Shown one piece after another: positions 1 through 10,897 of a DNA stretch of 43,626 nt. This stretch comes from Trichomonas gallinae (taxonomy: Eukaryota), in contig MRSU01002042.1 of assembly GCA_008369845.1 (NCBI GenBank), positions 1 to 43,626 of the forward strand, read 5' to 3'. The position numbers and the translations under genes were made by a program. The notes beneath the pieces were generated by a model. It searched no databases and had not been told where the DNA came from. It was given only the letters and a program-made list of their open reading frames with translations. Position 1 is the stretch's first letter, and every line of letters begins with the position of its first letter.

Positions 1-94
1 GGAGGGAGAGGAACGGAGAAACGAGCCCTACACTGAAGAATTTTAAGTAAACCTAAATATCACACTTCATATACTACTATATTTTGTTAACATT

Positions 95-101
95 TCATTT
101 T
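95..101 (+). promoter_or_regulatory. Trichomonad initiator (Inr)-like element
   Basis: TCATTTT ends 3 nt before the ATG at 105. Similar elements lie near other starts: 26472-26478 (-), 30579-30585 (+), 35661-35667 (-), 36224-36230 (+), 40222-40230 (-). Confidence 0.55.
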
Positions 102-104
102 TCA

Positions 105-1319
105 ATGATGCTTGATTTGCAAAATTTACTTGTTGGAATTTGCAAAGCAACGAACAAAGAAAATTACAGATGCATCATTAATTCTACATATTTCAATGAC
201 TTATCATCGCATCAGGCCTTGATTCGAAATATTATATTTTTAAACAGAGTCAGAACAATGAAACTAGTTGATCTTGTTTCAAATTTAGTTATACAATCCT
301 ATGATTTTAAATCAGAATTAATCATATCTTGTTTAAACCAAAATTCAAATTCGATTTTATCTAAATTGCCAGATTTACATCTTATTAGATCGCTTATTAC
401 CAATCATAGCATTGAATACAATGAAACAATACATATTATTATCGATTTTATCGAAAATTCAAAATCAGAAAAATTATATCGTTATATTATCTATGCTCTA
501 TTTGTAGATATGATTGAAAACATAAATGAAGAATTTTTCAATACTACCATGGCACAAATAATGCAGGAAACTCTTGCAACAGATCATTTCTTGGGAAACG
601 CATCAAATGATCCTCAAACACTTTTCAATTTATGGGTAAAGTCGATATACACATGCAGGACAAAGGAGCAAAGATCAGAATTCATATTGAAATTATTTAA
701 TAATTTTGGGCATGATAATGAAGTATATGATGCACTGAGGACAGACAACTTGGAGCAGCTTCAGAATATCATAACAAATGAATCGGATTTCTATTATGAT
801 GAAATTGTTGATTCTTCTTTATTTGAACCATCAGAATTCCTTAAAAATGAACCTTCTCTTATTCAATATGCTGCATATTATGGATCATGTCAATGCTTTA
901 AGTATTTATTGATGAATGGAGCTGATGTCGAATACATAGATCAAGACAATAAATCAGTTGTTGATTATGCAATAGCTTCTGGTGAATTAGAGATCATACA
1001 TATTTGTCAGCACAAAAGCCTAGATTTTAAATATTCTCTGGGAACAACTGCTTATTTTTGGAGAAAAGATATATACAGCTGGCTGCTTGAAAACAACTTG
1101 GCTATGATAACAAGTGTAGATAGGAATCAGAAGAATACAGCTTATTTAAGTGCTATTTCGAATTGTCTTCTTATTTTATCGGAATGTTTCGAAGATTGCA
1201 AGTTCATGGATGATACAGATGAACTTTTATGTGCTCTAAAAGGTGCAGGCTCATTTGATGCGCTTAAATATATTTGTGATATTCTTAAAATCGATCCAAA
1301 TAGTGTTCTAACTTACTGA
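105..1319 (+). CDS. Ankyrin-repeat protein (trichomonad DUF3447-like family)
   Basis: C-terminal ankyrin motifs SLIQYAAYYGSCQCFKYLLMNGAD, SVVDYAIASGELEIIHIC and NTAYLSAISN. The first ATG at 105 follows Inr-like TCATTTT at 95; the ORF-track start is a TTG. Confidence 0.8.
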   Translation: MMLDLQNLLVGICKATNKENYRCIINSTYFNDLSSHQALIRNIIFLNRVRTMKLVDLVSNLVIQSYDFKSELIISCLNQNSNSILSKLPDLHLIRSLITNHSIEYNETIHIIIDFIENSKSEKLYRYIIYALFVDMIENINEEFFNTTMAQIMQETLATDHFLGNASNDPQTLFNLWVKSIYTCRTKEQRSEFILKLFNNFGHDNEVYDALRTDNLEQLQNIITNESDFYYDEIVDSSLFEPSEFLKNEPSLIQYAAYYGSCQCFKYLLMNGADVEYIDQDNKSVVDYAIASGELEIIHICQHKSLDFKYSLGTTAYFWRKDIYSWLLENNLAMITSVDRNQKNTAYLSAISNCLLILSECFEDCKFMDDTDELLCALKGAGSFDALKYICDILKIDPNSVLTY

Positions 1320-2167
1320 ATTCGATGTATTATCATGTTAGTAGTAATGTTTACTGTCCAGTAAATTGCTATTGTATGGAATCAAAAATTCTTATTGATT
1401 AAATTCGCGTAAATTCATGCTACATCAATTTCTATCGATACAATTACTAATGAGCACCCCAAATCTACATGTATTTTCCAATTACTCATAATATTTTTTC
1501 ATCGAAAATTGTGAAAGTTACACTCATTGTTTAAAACACTAAAATACTTTAAAAACATCTGTTATATGATAATTTACTTTGAATCATTTTTATTATTTTC
1601 AATTCCTTTCATTGAATTTCATCGCGAAATATGACATATTTTAATTAAATTCATTTAACTAGTTATTGCATTTGTTTTGCATAAATGAGTGATTTTTCAA
1701 GCCAGTCAATTTTATTTTTCCCGGAATAAATTTAAAGGCCGTCAAAATCACTTTTTAACATGAAAAACATGATTATCTAAATATAATTATTGGGAATATC
1801 AGAGAAAAATGCAAACAAAAATTATTTTATTGTTTTTCGCAATTTTTATGTATAATATTTCATTTATTATAATAACAATGGTGAAAAATTGAAAATAAAT
1901 TCAATTTATCAAATTCCAAAGGTTTAAACTCAATTTTATCGACAAAGATTTTGAATATAAGCGTTTTGTTACAAAAACATTAATAATTCTAAAATGATAA
2001 TAAAAATAAAAAAATTCTAAACGTCACAAATTTGACAGGTCTATCGGTACACTCAAATTTTATCTGCAAATTCTATTTAAGAAATAGTAAGAAATAAAAT
2101 TTGAAAAGAATGTAAACACAATTTTGTGGGGAAATTTATCGTATCAAATTATTTTTTTCTAAGAATT

Positions 2168-2950
2168 ATGGATAGTTGGGGAGATTTCTTAGCAACACCA
2201 CCGAATATGTCAACTCCTGTACGTGAGATGACGTTCACAGATGAACTCCCGCAGATATTGCAGCCCCCACCTTTTGAAATTCCTAATTCGATATTAAAGA
2301 ATTCATCTCCACCTGATTCCTATATCCAAATACCAGTAAACAACCTCATTAGGGAATCTACACCTATTAATACCAATACGATCGAAATCGAAAATCGATG
2401 CTTGTTGTTTAAGAATCTTGATCCAGCGACAACAGAGGAAGAAATCCGACAATTGTTATCTGATAACGATGATATAAGGTCTATTGATATGTCTGCACTT
2501 CAATCGGCCAATATTGTTTTGGTCGATTTTTATAACCTTCGCAGAGCGAACTCAGTGAAGATGTTGTTCAACAAGCATGTATACAAAGGAAGGACGCTTG
2601 ATGTTTCCTATGCTCCACTGAAGAAAATTGTTGATCCGAAGAAACCACCGAATAATGGGACAATAGTCGTATTCCACATTCCTGAGAATGTCACAGAACA
2701 AATGATCAATACGATTTTTTCCAAATATGGAGATATTAGACAGATTCGCGGAACTCCATCAAAAGGCTTTCAGAAGTTCATCGAATACTGGGATGTTCGT
2801 TGTGCACAAGATGCCTTAACCCAAATGAGCGGCAAATTGTTAATGGGCTCTCGAATCACAATTGAATTTTCTCTCCCAGGCGGATTTAGAAAGAATTCAA
2901 CTGTAGATAACAACACATACTTATCACCAAAGCCAACAAAGACATTCTAA
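2168..2950 (+). CDS. Two-RRM RNA-binding protein, Mei2-like (RRM1+RRM2 only)
   Basis: RCLLFKNL...VDFYNLRRA...LDVSY and NNGTIVVFHIP...FSKYGDIRQIRGTPSKGFQKFIEYWDVRCA resemble RRM1/RRM2 of Mei2-like (AML) proteins. First ATG is at 2168. Confidence 0.8.
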   Translation: MDSWGDFLATPPNMSTPVREMTFTDELPQILQPPPFEIPNSILKNSSPPDSYIQIPVNNLIRESTPINTNTIEIENRCLLFKNLDPATTEEEIRQLLSDNDDIRSIDMSALQSANIVLVDFYNLRRANSVKMLFNKHVYKGRTLDVSYAPLKKIVDPKKPPNNGTIVVFHIPENVTEQMINTIFSKYGDIRQIRGTPSKGFQKFIEYWDVRCAQDALTQMSGKLLMGSRITIEFSLPGGFRKNSTVDNNTYLSPKPTKTF

Positions 2951-3429
2951 TTGGCTTATTATATATTTTTTATGCGGATTATTTTTATTATTTTTTATTT
3001 ACTTAGCTATTGTATATTTACCAATACCATAGCTAAATATAAATGTCCTCATTCAAATTACTTTGCTTTTTGTAATATATTTTTTTTATAATTTTATTGA
3101 TCAATTATATGCTGCAATGCAAAATATATGTTTCAATCAGCCATCAAAATAGTTTGGTAATAAGCACATTTGATTTTATTAAATGATCAATAATTTTCCA
3201 TACAAAATGGTTCAATTACTTATTGGTCTTGCTATTGGATATGAGATCTTATTATAATAAAGAATTATTTCTATCCACATGTGATTAATTTTTTAAACTT
3301 TGTTATGTAGTTTGTATAATCATAGTGTTTGTGAGAAATATTTATAATGAAGATCGATGGCTTCAAAAGTTTTAAAACTGAGAGAGATTTGACTTTTCTA
3401 TTTGTTGATACTATAATTATAAATAAATG

Positions 3430-3670
3430 GTCATGTTAATGTAAAAAACACCTGCCTTCGAACAGATTTGATGTTTGCTTCAAAACGAGATCATCATAAT
3501 TTGTCAACACAAAAGTATATAATAATAAAACAGCTTTGACATATGCTTCATATGATGGTCATTATGATACTGTCAAACTTCTTCTCACAGTTCCTGGAAT
3601 AGATGACAACTAAAAAGACAATAATAATTAAACAGCCTTGAATTGGGCTTCATAGCAAGGTCATCAACTT
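3430..3670 (+). pseudogene. Degenerate ankyrin-repeat gene fragment
   Basis: From 3503 it reads VNTKVYNNKTALTYASYDGHYDTVKLLLTVPGIDDN*KDNNN*TALNWAS*QGHQ with stops at 3611, 3629 and 3653. It is preceded in another frame by HVNVKNTCLRTDLMFASKRDH. Confidence 0.8.
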
Positions 3671-3762
3671 CATGCCACATGGAGAGGCACACTCAAATAA
3701 AATTATTTGTCGAAAGAAAATTAAATAGTTTAGTAAAATTCGGATATATGAACAAATTATAA

Positions 3763-6700
3763 TTAGTGGGTGGATTCAATATTGATAGCGAAAGATCCTT
3801 CGAATGTCTGCTTTTGCTTGTTAGCAAGAGAGACGAAGTATGTGATGCGGTTTCCTTTACCCTTCAAGTAAATTTCACCGCGTTGTTCGATTTCGAAGTC
3901 CAAATCCTGAATTGCATTCTTTGTATCTTCAGAAATTTGTACGTTTCCTGGTATATCTGTTGACTGAAGACGTGCTGCAACGTTAATTGGATCACCGATG
4001 ATATCGAATGCTGGTTTATCAGTGCCCAAAACACCTCCAAGAAGTGGGCCGCCTGTATTTACGCCAATTCTCACTTCAAGTGATGCGTTTAATTTCATAT
4101 TAATCTCTTCCATTGACTTTGAACAAGCCAAGCAGCACCTGACGGCATCTTCAGCATGCTTGAGACTTGGATCCTCTGGGTCTTGGAACAAACCAGCAGC
4201 TGCCATGTAAACATCTCCAATCAGTTTAATCTTGGTGATAGATTCATATTCAGCAACGATTTTATCGAATGTTGCGAATACCAAAGAAAGATTGGCCATA
4301 ATTTCTGTTGGTGTGAGCATAGCAGCGTAGTCGGAGAACTTAACAATATCGATGAAGAAGATTGTTGCCTTTGGAATAGTGAATGAAATATCTTTTTCAC
4401 CTCTGTTCAATCTGATGACAATATCTTTTGGAAGGATCTGATAAAGTAATTTCTCAGACTTAGCCTTAGCTTCTTCAGCATCCTTTCTCTTCTTTATTTC
4501 TTCTGTTTCATTTGTCAAAATGAAAACGATTGACGTAATATCACCGTCATCTTCCGTCTTCATTCCGATCATTGTTAAAGCGAATGGAATTTCATTTCCT
4601 GTATCATCATTCAAATGGATGTGGTCTTCCCAAATTGTTGATCCCTGTCCGGACATCATCAACTGAAGCTGGTTGTTGATCTTCTGCTGGTCAGCAGGAA
4701 CCACGAAATTAGCGAATTCCTGGCCGAGCATCTGATCAGGTGTCAAACCGATGTTATTGGCAACACTTTGATTGACGATTTCAACGACAGCGCTTGAGTT
4801 TGTTATAATGATGCATTCGCTTGCATCATAAACAATTTGCTTAGAAATAGGCATTGCTTCAGGTCCAGATGTCTTCTGGTGCCTTCTGAAGAAGCCAATC
4901 AACTCTGGTGTATCAACAATTGCCTGTGGATGGATATGGTGGAACAACATCAACAACATCTTGTAGTTCTGGTTCAACAAAGCTCTGAACTCGAAGGCCA
5001 TGAAGAAGGCAGCGATTGAAATGATGCAGCCAATTATGCACAATGTTGTTGTCTTTGTAATTGATGCGTCGTAATTACCTGTGATCAAAACTCTCAGTCG
5101 AGCATTTGTGCTCAAAACTCCTGGATAGAAATGGTCTTCTAAAATATGCAAAACATTCATGGAAACAGAATCATTGATTGCTCCGCCGAATGATGGCAAA
5201 TTCCTGAGAATGTCTTTAACCATGTTATAGAAAATTGTGATTTGCTGGTTGATGCTCGCGCATGCATACATGTCATGCAATGTCTGTGGGTCTCTGCCTA
5301 AATCACAGTTAGAAGCCAGTGATGTTCTATCCATGATAGAGTCGAAACCTATTGACGCTTCAACTTCTTTGTTTCCGTCAACTAGAACTGAGTGTCTCGT
5401 AATTAAATCGTTAAGATCCTGCAAAGCGCGCTTCTTAAGATCTTCTTTGGAAATAATGTTTGTCTCCAAATCATTCATCAAAATTAACTGAACAGCGTCA
5501 TTACCTGTTTCAGCTGCGAAGTTTGTTCTCTGGCATGAATAGTAGAACCACTTGAAGAGTTTATCGAGTGTCTTGTTGGATTCGATAGCATCGAAGCTCA
5601 TGAAGAAATACATGCCTAAAATCACTGCAACTATAATAAAGTAAATAGCAGCAACGATTGTCATGACCTTTGATTCAACTCTCTTATGGTATGTGGCTGT
5701 CTCTTCTCCCATGTCCGTGTTGATCATTAAAGGTCTTTTGGCGTCTTCTTTAACAGAGTTCGGCAAGCTGAGCAAAATGTTTATAGTCTTGTCAACCAGT
5801 TTATTGTAGCTTCTGACAATGCATAATTGTGGAATTGTCGCTGATATGAAGATGCAAATTACGCCAGCAAGCATCCATATGAATAAGTCTCTCTTCAAAA
5901 CATCTGATCTTTTGTTGTTGTAGTCGAAAAGTGATCTAAATGTTATCTGCGAATTATCACACAAAGTAAACATGTTCCTTAAAACTTGTGAATATGAGTC
6001 ATCTTTCCATAGGTTCTTGATATCTAATTGTGTGTTGTTATGATATATGTTCATCTGTCCGATGACTAAGCAGAGCAAAAAGTTGATCGTGATTAACTGG
6101 TCTTTGTAAGCTGCTGTAACATTAGAAACATATTTACCTCCAGCGAAAACATCGAATCCTGAGACTTGCCTTAACATAACAGATCCAACTTCATATGGAT
6201 TATCTGATTCTGATAAAACAGCCAAAGAATTTAAAATGACATTTGTGTATTTCCTGGATCTTGATATACATTCGATAGTAGCTTCTGGGCCAGTTAATGA
6301 GTGTTTAATAATTGGCTTCGCTGCTATAACGTCTATAGAGATATTTCCTAAAACTTCATCAGCTTCTTTAGATTTATGCATGTATTTGTTGTGATCGACA
6401 GCCCACTGTGTGTACGTGTAGAATATAGCAAGATCAGTGAAGAATCTGCCTCCGCCGAAGTTTGTCAAATCCGAATACATCTCTCTACGCCATCCTACGT
6501 TATTTTTCAGGAAAATATAGAAGCCTATGAAGAAGATCAGCTCAACGAGAAGGCATTGGACTGAAGAAATTATGATTGCTGGAGATTGTAATGGCTGGGA
6601 ACCGAAAATAGCTGAATGGAAGGCGAGTCTTACCTTTGAATCACGGAGAAGACGCTTACCGACAGCTTCTTGGTGCTCAACGTCAACGCTAAGCTGAGAT

Positions 6701-8532
6701 CCAGTTTGAGTCGAGCCTTTAGAACCGGATCCGTGGCCGCTGCTGCCGTTGGATCCATTTGACTGATCCTGGGAACCATTTCTAGCAGGTGCATGTTTAA
6801 CAATTCTTCTTCCTTTTGTATCAATAATTCCTTCTTTAAGATAGCGTGGGAATTTATTGACAACCGATCTGAAAGACACGTCTACATTAAAGTTCCTACC
6901 ATCTCCGATGTATTCCGCTTTAATCGATGTTACTATTGCGCGATTAAAATCGCAAATGCATTCAGCGAGGAAGTTTGAGTATTCGTTTGTAATTCTAACG
7001 TTGTTTGGGTTGTTGCCTATTGCTTGATCAAAGTTTAATCTCACGTTTTTAGTTATTTGGCCAAGATCTGTTACAAAGTTGTGATCTGCTGACTGTTTGT
7101 CCCAGAAGGATCTGATTTGGCACTTGCAGTGGTCATTCATGGCCTTGAGCTTGTTGAAAGCCTCCAAAGTATCTTTTGTATCTGAAACTAATCTTCTCGT
7201 TTTGATTCTGTAGACTTGGTATATCAAAAATCGATCGACAAAGCTGAGTTTTCTCTTTGACGCGAGTTTCTTGTACAAAACATTCATTTTTCGAGACTCG
7301 GATGGGAAAAATGTAACAACTTGAAGGAGAATACTGAGTGTTGATTCGATATTTGCGTGATTGATGATGAAATCTGTCAATGAGCCGTCAACAAATAATT
7401 CACCGAGCTCTGCCAAGCCCACAACGATATACATCATGGCGCGAAGTGCACTTGTATCGATTTTGAGGTTGTGGAAGTATTCTGTTATATCACCATCATC
7501 TGTTCTGAATTTCAATTGCTCTTTAATCCTTTTTGATTGCCAGATAAAATATATCCTTCCCAATATATAGCAAACCACCATGCCGACTATGAACACGATA
7601 ATAGTGTAGTTGTATGTAAGCGAAGTACAGAAATATAAAATGAAAAAGTTGATGTCGAGAAGAATTGTTGTAATTGCAAACGCTAAACATATAGCGTTCC
7701 TCCAAATGTCATAGAATGGGATGTAAGTCAGCCTGAAACTGATGTAAAATGTGATCGCGCAGTGAACAACAGCAAGCAAAATATAAAACCAATCTTGGAA
7801 AAAGACAATTATAGCTGATAGGATGCAGTAGAACGATGTGACGATCACCCACATAACGATGGATGAGGAATCGAAGAGAGGAAACGTCAAATTCGTTAAA
7901 ACAACTGATCTCGATTTTAATGCAATGGATTCATAGAATATTAACGTAAACACTGAGTATGATATGAAGCCTACAATGAGCTCCGCAAGAAATTCCGCCG
8001 AAAATCTTAAACTGAGTCCAGTTATTCCGTGGCAGCAGATGAAGACTGCGGGAATAATGCAAATTGGATCAATTATATCGAGAATAAGGGATGATATGTA
8101 TAGCAGTATTGGTGGCAGACTGAAGAAATTCTTATGAAAAATAATTAGAAATATTATCCAGATGATAGAAACGAGTGTTACTCCGATACAGATATACATT
8201 TCCGTCAAGTGGGCCACGGAATATTCCGTAGGATCTTGAAATGTGCAGATTTTGAGTATCCAAAAATAAATTTGTTTCCAAATGCCCGTAGCGCGTTGAT
8301 AAGGAGGCGTATAAATCCAAAAGCCAATGGAGAGAACCTGGAAGAGTTGGAATACTGCGCAAATGCTCATAAACCAGCTGGGAAGCTTAGTTTTTTGCAT
8401 CATTTGATCAAAAATCGGAAAAATTAAGTCAATCTTGCTGAAAGTTGCTGTATGCAATTGCTCGGTTCCAGCAACGCTTGTGCTTTGACTGGCGCTCATC
8501 GCTGACTTAGATACGCTCGCTTCTTGGTTCAT
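3763..8532 (-). CDS. Transmembrane class III adenylyl cyclase with PAS domain
   Basis: N-terminal multi-TM block plus further TM segments; PAS-like region (ECIIITNSSAVVEIVNQ...GLTPDQMLGQ); catalytic motifs IFFIDIVKFS, KIKLIGDVYMAA, VRIGVNTGG, FDIIGDPINVAARLQS. Lys/Asp specificity residues indicate ATP. First ATG is at 8532. Confidence 0.92.
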   Translation of the reverse strand: MNQEASVSKSAMSASQSTSVAGTEQLHTATFSKIDLIFPIFDQMMQKTKLPSWFMSICAVFQLFQVLSIGFWIYTPPYQRATGIWKQIYFWILKICTFQDPTEYSVAHLTEMYICIGVTLVSIIWIIFLIIFHKNFFSLPPILLYISSLILDIIDPICIIPAVFICCHGITGLSLRFSAEFLAELIVGFISYSVFTLIFYESIALKSRSVVLTNLTFPLFDSSSIVMWVIVTSFYCILSAIIVFFQDWFYILLAVVHCAITFYISFRLTYIPFYDIWRNAICLAFAITTILLDINFFILYFCTSLTYNYTIIVFIVGMVVCYILGRIYFIWQSKRIKEQLKFRTDDGDITEYFHNLKIDTSALRAMMYIVVGLAELGELFVDGSLTDFIINHANIESTLSILLQVVTFFPSESRKMNVLYKKLASKRKLSFVDRFLIYQVYRIKTRRLVSDTKDTLEAFNKLKAMNDHCKCQIRSFWDKQSADHNFVTDLGQITKNVRLNFDQAIGNNPNNVRITNEYSNFLAECICDFNRAIVTSIKAEYIGDGRNFNVDVSFRSVVNKFPRYLKEGIIDTKGRRIVKHAPARNGSQDQSNGSNGSSGHGSGSKGSTQTGSQLSVDVEHQEAVGKRLLRDSKVRLAFHSAIFGSQPLQSPAIIISSVQCLLVELIFFIGFYIFLKNNVGWRREMYSDLTNFGGGRFFTDLAIFYTYTQWAVDHNKYMHKSKEADEVLGNISIDVIAAKPIIKHSLTGPEATIECISRSRKYTNVILNSLAVLSESDNPYEVGSVMLRQVSGFDVFAGGKYVSNVTAAYKDQLITINFLLCLVIGQMNIYHNNTQLDIKNLWKDDSYSQVLRNMFTLCDNSQITFRSLFDYNNKRSDVLKRDLFIWMLAGVICIFISATIPQLCIVRSYNKLVDKTINILLSLPNSVKEDAKRPLMINTDMGEETATYHKRVESKVMTIVAAIYFIIVAVILGMYFFMSFDAIESNKTLDKLFKWFYYSCQRTNFAAETGNDAVQLILMNDLETNIISKEDLKKRALQDLNDLITRHSVLVDGNKEVEASIGFDSIMDRTSLASNCDLGRDPQTLHDMYACASINQQITIFYNMVKDILRNLPSFGGAINDSVSMNVLHILEDHFYPGVLSTNARLRVLITGNYDASITKTTTLCIIGCIISIAAFFMAFEFRALLNQNYKMLLMLFHHIHPQAIVDTPELIGFFRRHQKTSGPEAMPISKQIVYDASECIIITNSSAVVEIVNQSVANNIGLTPDQMLGQEFANFVVPADQQKINNQLQLMMSGQGSTIWEDHIHLNDDTGNEIPFALTMIGMKTEDDGDITSIVFILTNETEEIKKRKDAEEAKAKSEKLLYQILPKDIVIRLNRGEKDISFTIPKATIFFIDIVKFSDYAAMLTPTEIMANLSLVFATFDKIVAEYESITKIKLIGDVYMAAAGLFQDPEDPSLKHAEDAVRCCLACSKSMEEINMKLNASLEVRIGVNTGGPLLGGVLGTDKPAFDIIGDPINVAARLQSTDIPGNVQISEDTKNAIQDLDFEIEQRGEIYLKGKGNRITYFVSLANKQKQTFEGSFAINIESTH

Positions 8533-10897
8533 TAAACAAAAATATACAAAATTTGAATAGCAATTCAAAATTTTTATTATGGAAATCACATCTATAACAT
8601 ATATAGATCATTATGTAAAAAATTGAAATAAAATAGAACAAATATCTATTATAGGTAATAAATCATAATTACGCAATAAAAATTAAGCTCGATTTTAACG
8701 TTCAACTTGCTTAATTTTGATAGGTCTATTCATTTTATAATTGATTCAAAATAACGGATTCGCGAATAATTATTATTTATATATTATAGGTAGCATTTAA
8801 TTTGGACGGAATAAATAAAATGAAAAATCGAATAGAAGATTTTTTATTGAAATTGTGAGGAATTCAAATAATCTGAAATCACAATATTTTTGGATAATTT
8901 TAATAAAATAAAATGCAAATCATTATTTAATCCACTCGTAAAAATAACCAGTTTTGTAAACACACAAATTGCAATCATCGATTTATGCATGTTGGAATTA
9001 TGTCATTTATCATGATGTCTTCGGCCAATTTATGTTCAATATGGATTTGAATATAACTTTTTTATTTTGTTAGACTATTTTGAAATAATTAAGGGGTTAT
9101 TTAACTTAAATTTCACTGCTTATTCAACATAAAATATATTGGTCGTTGTTTCTCTCATTTCATGTCATTTATTCAATTCAATTTCTCAATTTTTTCTTGT
9201 GCATATTCCAAAATAAATATTATTATATAGCAAATGTTTGTTCTTTATAATAAATTTTTATTCATTTGAATGCTGTTTATAAAATATGTTCAATTTTTTT
9301 TACGAAGATTGGATATTTAAGTCTTTAAATAATAATGAACAATATTTATTTAGCAACATTTCAGATCACACTTCATTTTTCATATGTATGTTGGCCTTTT
9401 TTCTATTATGATTTTAAGTAACGACATTAATGCTAGAACAGATTCCATTTATACCGCTCAGTGGATTAAACGACCTGTAATTTCGATATGATTCTATTGC
9501 TTTTGTTATTTTTTCTTTGGACTTCATCGTTATATTCTACTGGTGTTTGTTATCGAAAATACGATTAACATACGATCGCAAACATATCTCTAGCTGAAGG
9601 AGATAAAACATGACTAAAAATAAATTATTTTGCTTTTTCCGGAGGCTTTACATGATATCAATGCAGTTTCTAATTCAAAAAAAAAAATCGAGAAATTTTC
9701 TCAATATTCTCATTCAACTGTTAGCTTTCAAAATTTTACTCACAAAAATTTTTTCATTATACTTCTATAATAGTTATATATCATTCAAAAATTAACGAGA
9801 ATTTACCAATCACTTCACATTTCTAAAATCACATCATTTTCGACTCAAACCTGTTGATAGTAGAGTTACTGACATGACTGGTCATTGGAACATAAAAATA
9901 CACTTTGATCGGGTTGATGGCAATAGTCACCTTTTTACACCACAAACTGTTAAAAATAATACATGCTATTTATAGCTAGCTACTTCACCAACCAATCCAA
10001 CATGCGCCGTATAATATGTTTCTAACTATAATTAAGTTTTATAATAAGTTATACAGTTTACATTTATGTCACTCTAAAGTACAGTTTACATTTTTGTGTA
10101 CGTTAAACAAAAGTGACATGATCCGTTTTTGTATTCGGGTCATATCTTGTTGTCTCTACATAATACTGTGATAATCTTGGAATTATCTGATTCAACAGAT
10201 ACTTAGATTATGTCGTTTCTAGCATCATGAAGTTTATCACATTGATGCATAATAGCGATAAGTAGAGATCTATGCTTCCAAACACCTCTGTGAAATTTAC
10301 AACTTTTTAAAAAAAACATCTGATTGTTTCATGAATTTAAACAACATCACATTGTACTATTAATCTATACAATTATTCCATACTATAAATGATGTGATGT
10401 TACGAATATCTAGTTAATATCAAATAAAATCAATTTATCTAGCAAATAAAGTTTTCAGTAATTAATATATTTAAATATGCCCTATTTCCTGATATTCTAT
10501 CGTTTACATTTATTCCAAAACATCTTTATTTCCAAATTTAAATATTTAGAAATGAATCTTTGCAGTTCCACATATTCACTGCCTTTATCGAGATCTTGTA
10601 TTGAAATATACATGCAAAAGGAGCTCCTATACAACAATTATCATTTACACATCAAATTGCATTTCATTAAATAATCATTATGATTCCATGCTTGCGAATT
10701 TTTAATCATATTATAAAAATTTTTATTCTATACAAACAATCATCGAGAAAATTACAAATTACAAAAAATATACAAAATATACAAAGAAAATATCGTAATT
10801 CTCCTGTTGAAAGTAAATATTAGTAATGTAAACTAACTAGACGCGTTAATTTTTTTCGAGATTTATGAATTCGAAATCTAGATAATCATGAACATAC

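Noticed and set aside
84..104. Non-ATG starts in the ORF track (84, 2126, 8589, 17106, 26498, 27191, 31632, 43280)
   Set aside because: These come from bacterial-style start calling; nearby in-frame ATGs, several with Inr-like elements, are more plausible.
1300..1365. Possible intron extending the ankyrin gene past its abrupt end
   Set aside because: No trichomonad-type ACTAAC branch point fused to a 3' AG at a suitable position, and no ankyrin-like continuation downstream.
3611..3655. TAA/TAG reassignment to Gln, as in hexamitid diplomonads
   Set aside because: Nearly all intact genes in the window terminate at TAA/TAG and none needs readthrough; the fragments also carry frameshifts or deletions.
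3766..8427. Many short ORFs antisense to or nested in the cyclase, and likewise in the Bap-like, kinase, Cdc25, surface and LRR genes
   Set aside because: Shadow ORFs of long genes with no recognisable motifs.
9610..10674. Short ORFs 9610-9795 and 10477-10674 (also 18281-18529, 24009-24254, 26918-27178, 28293-28563)
   Set aside because: AT-driven F/I/L/K/N-rich translations without family motifs; at best pseudogene remnants.
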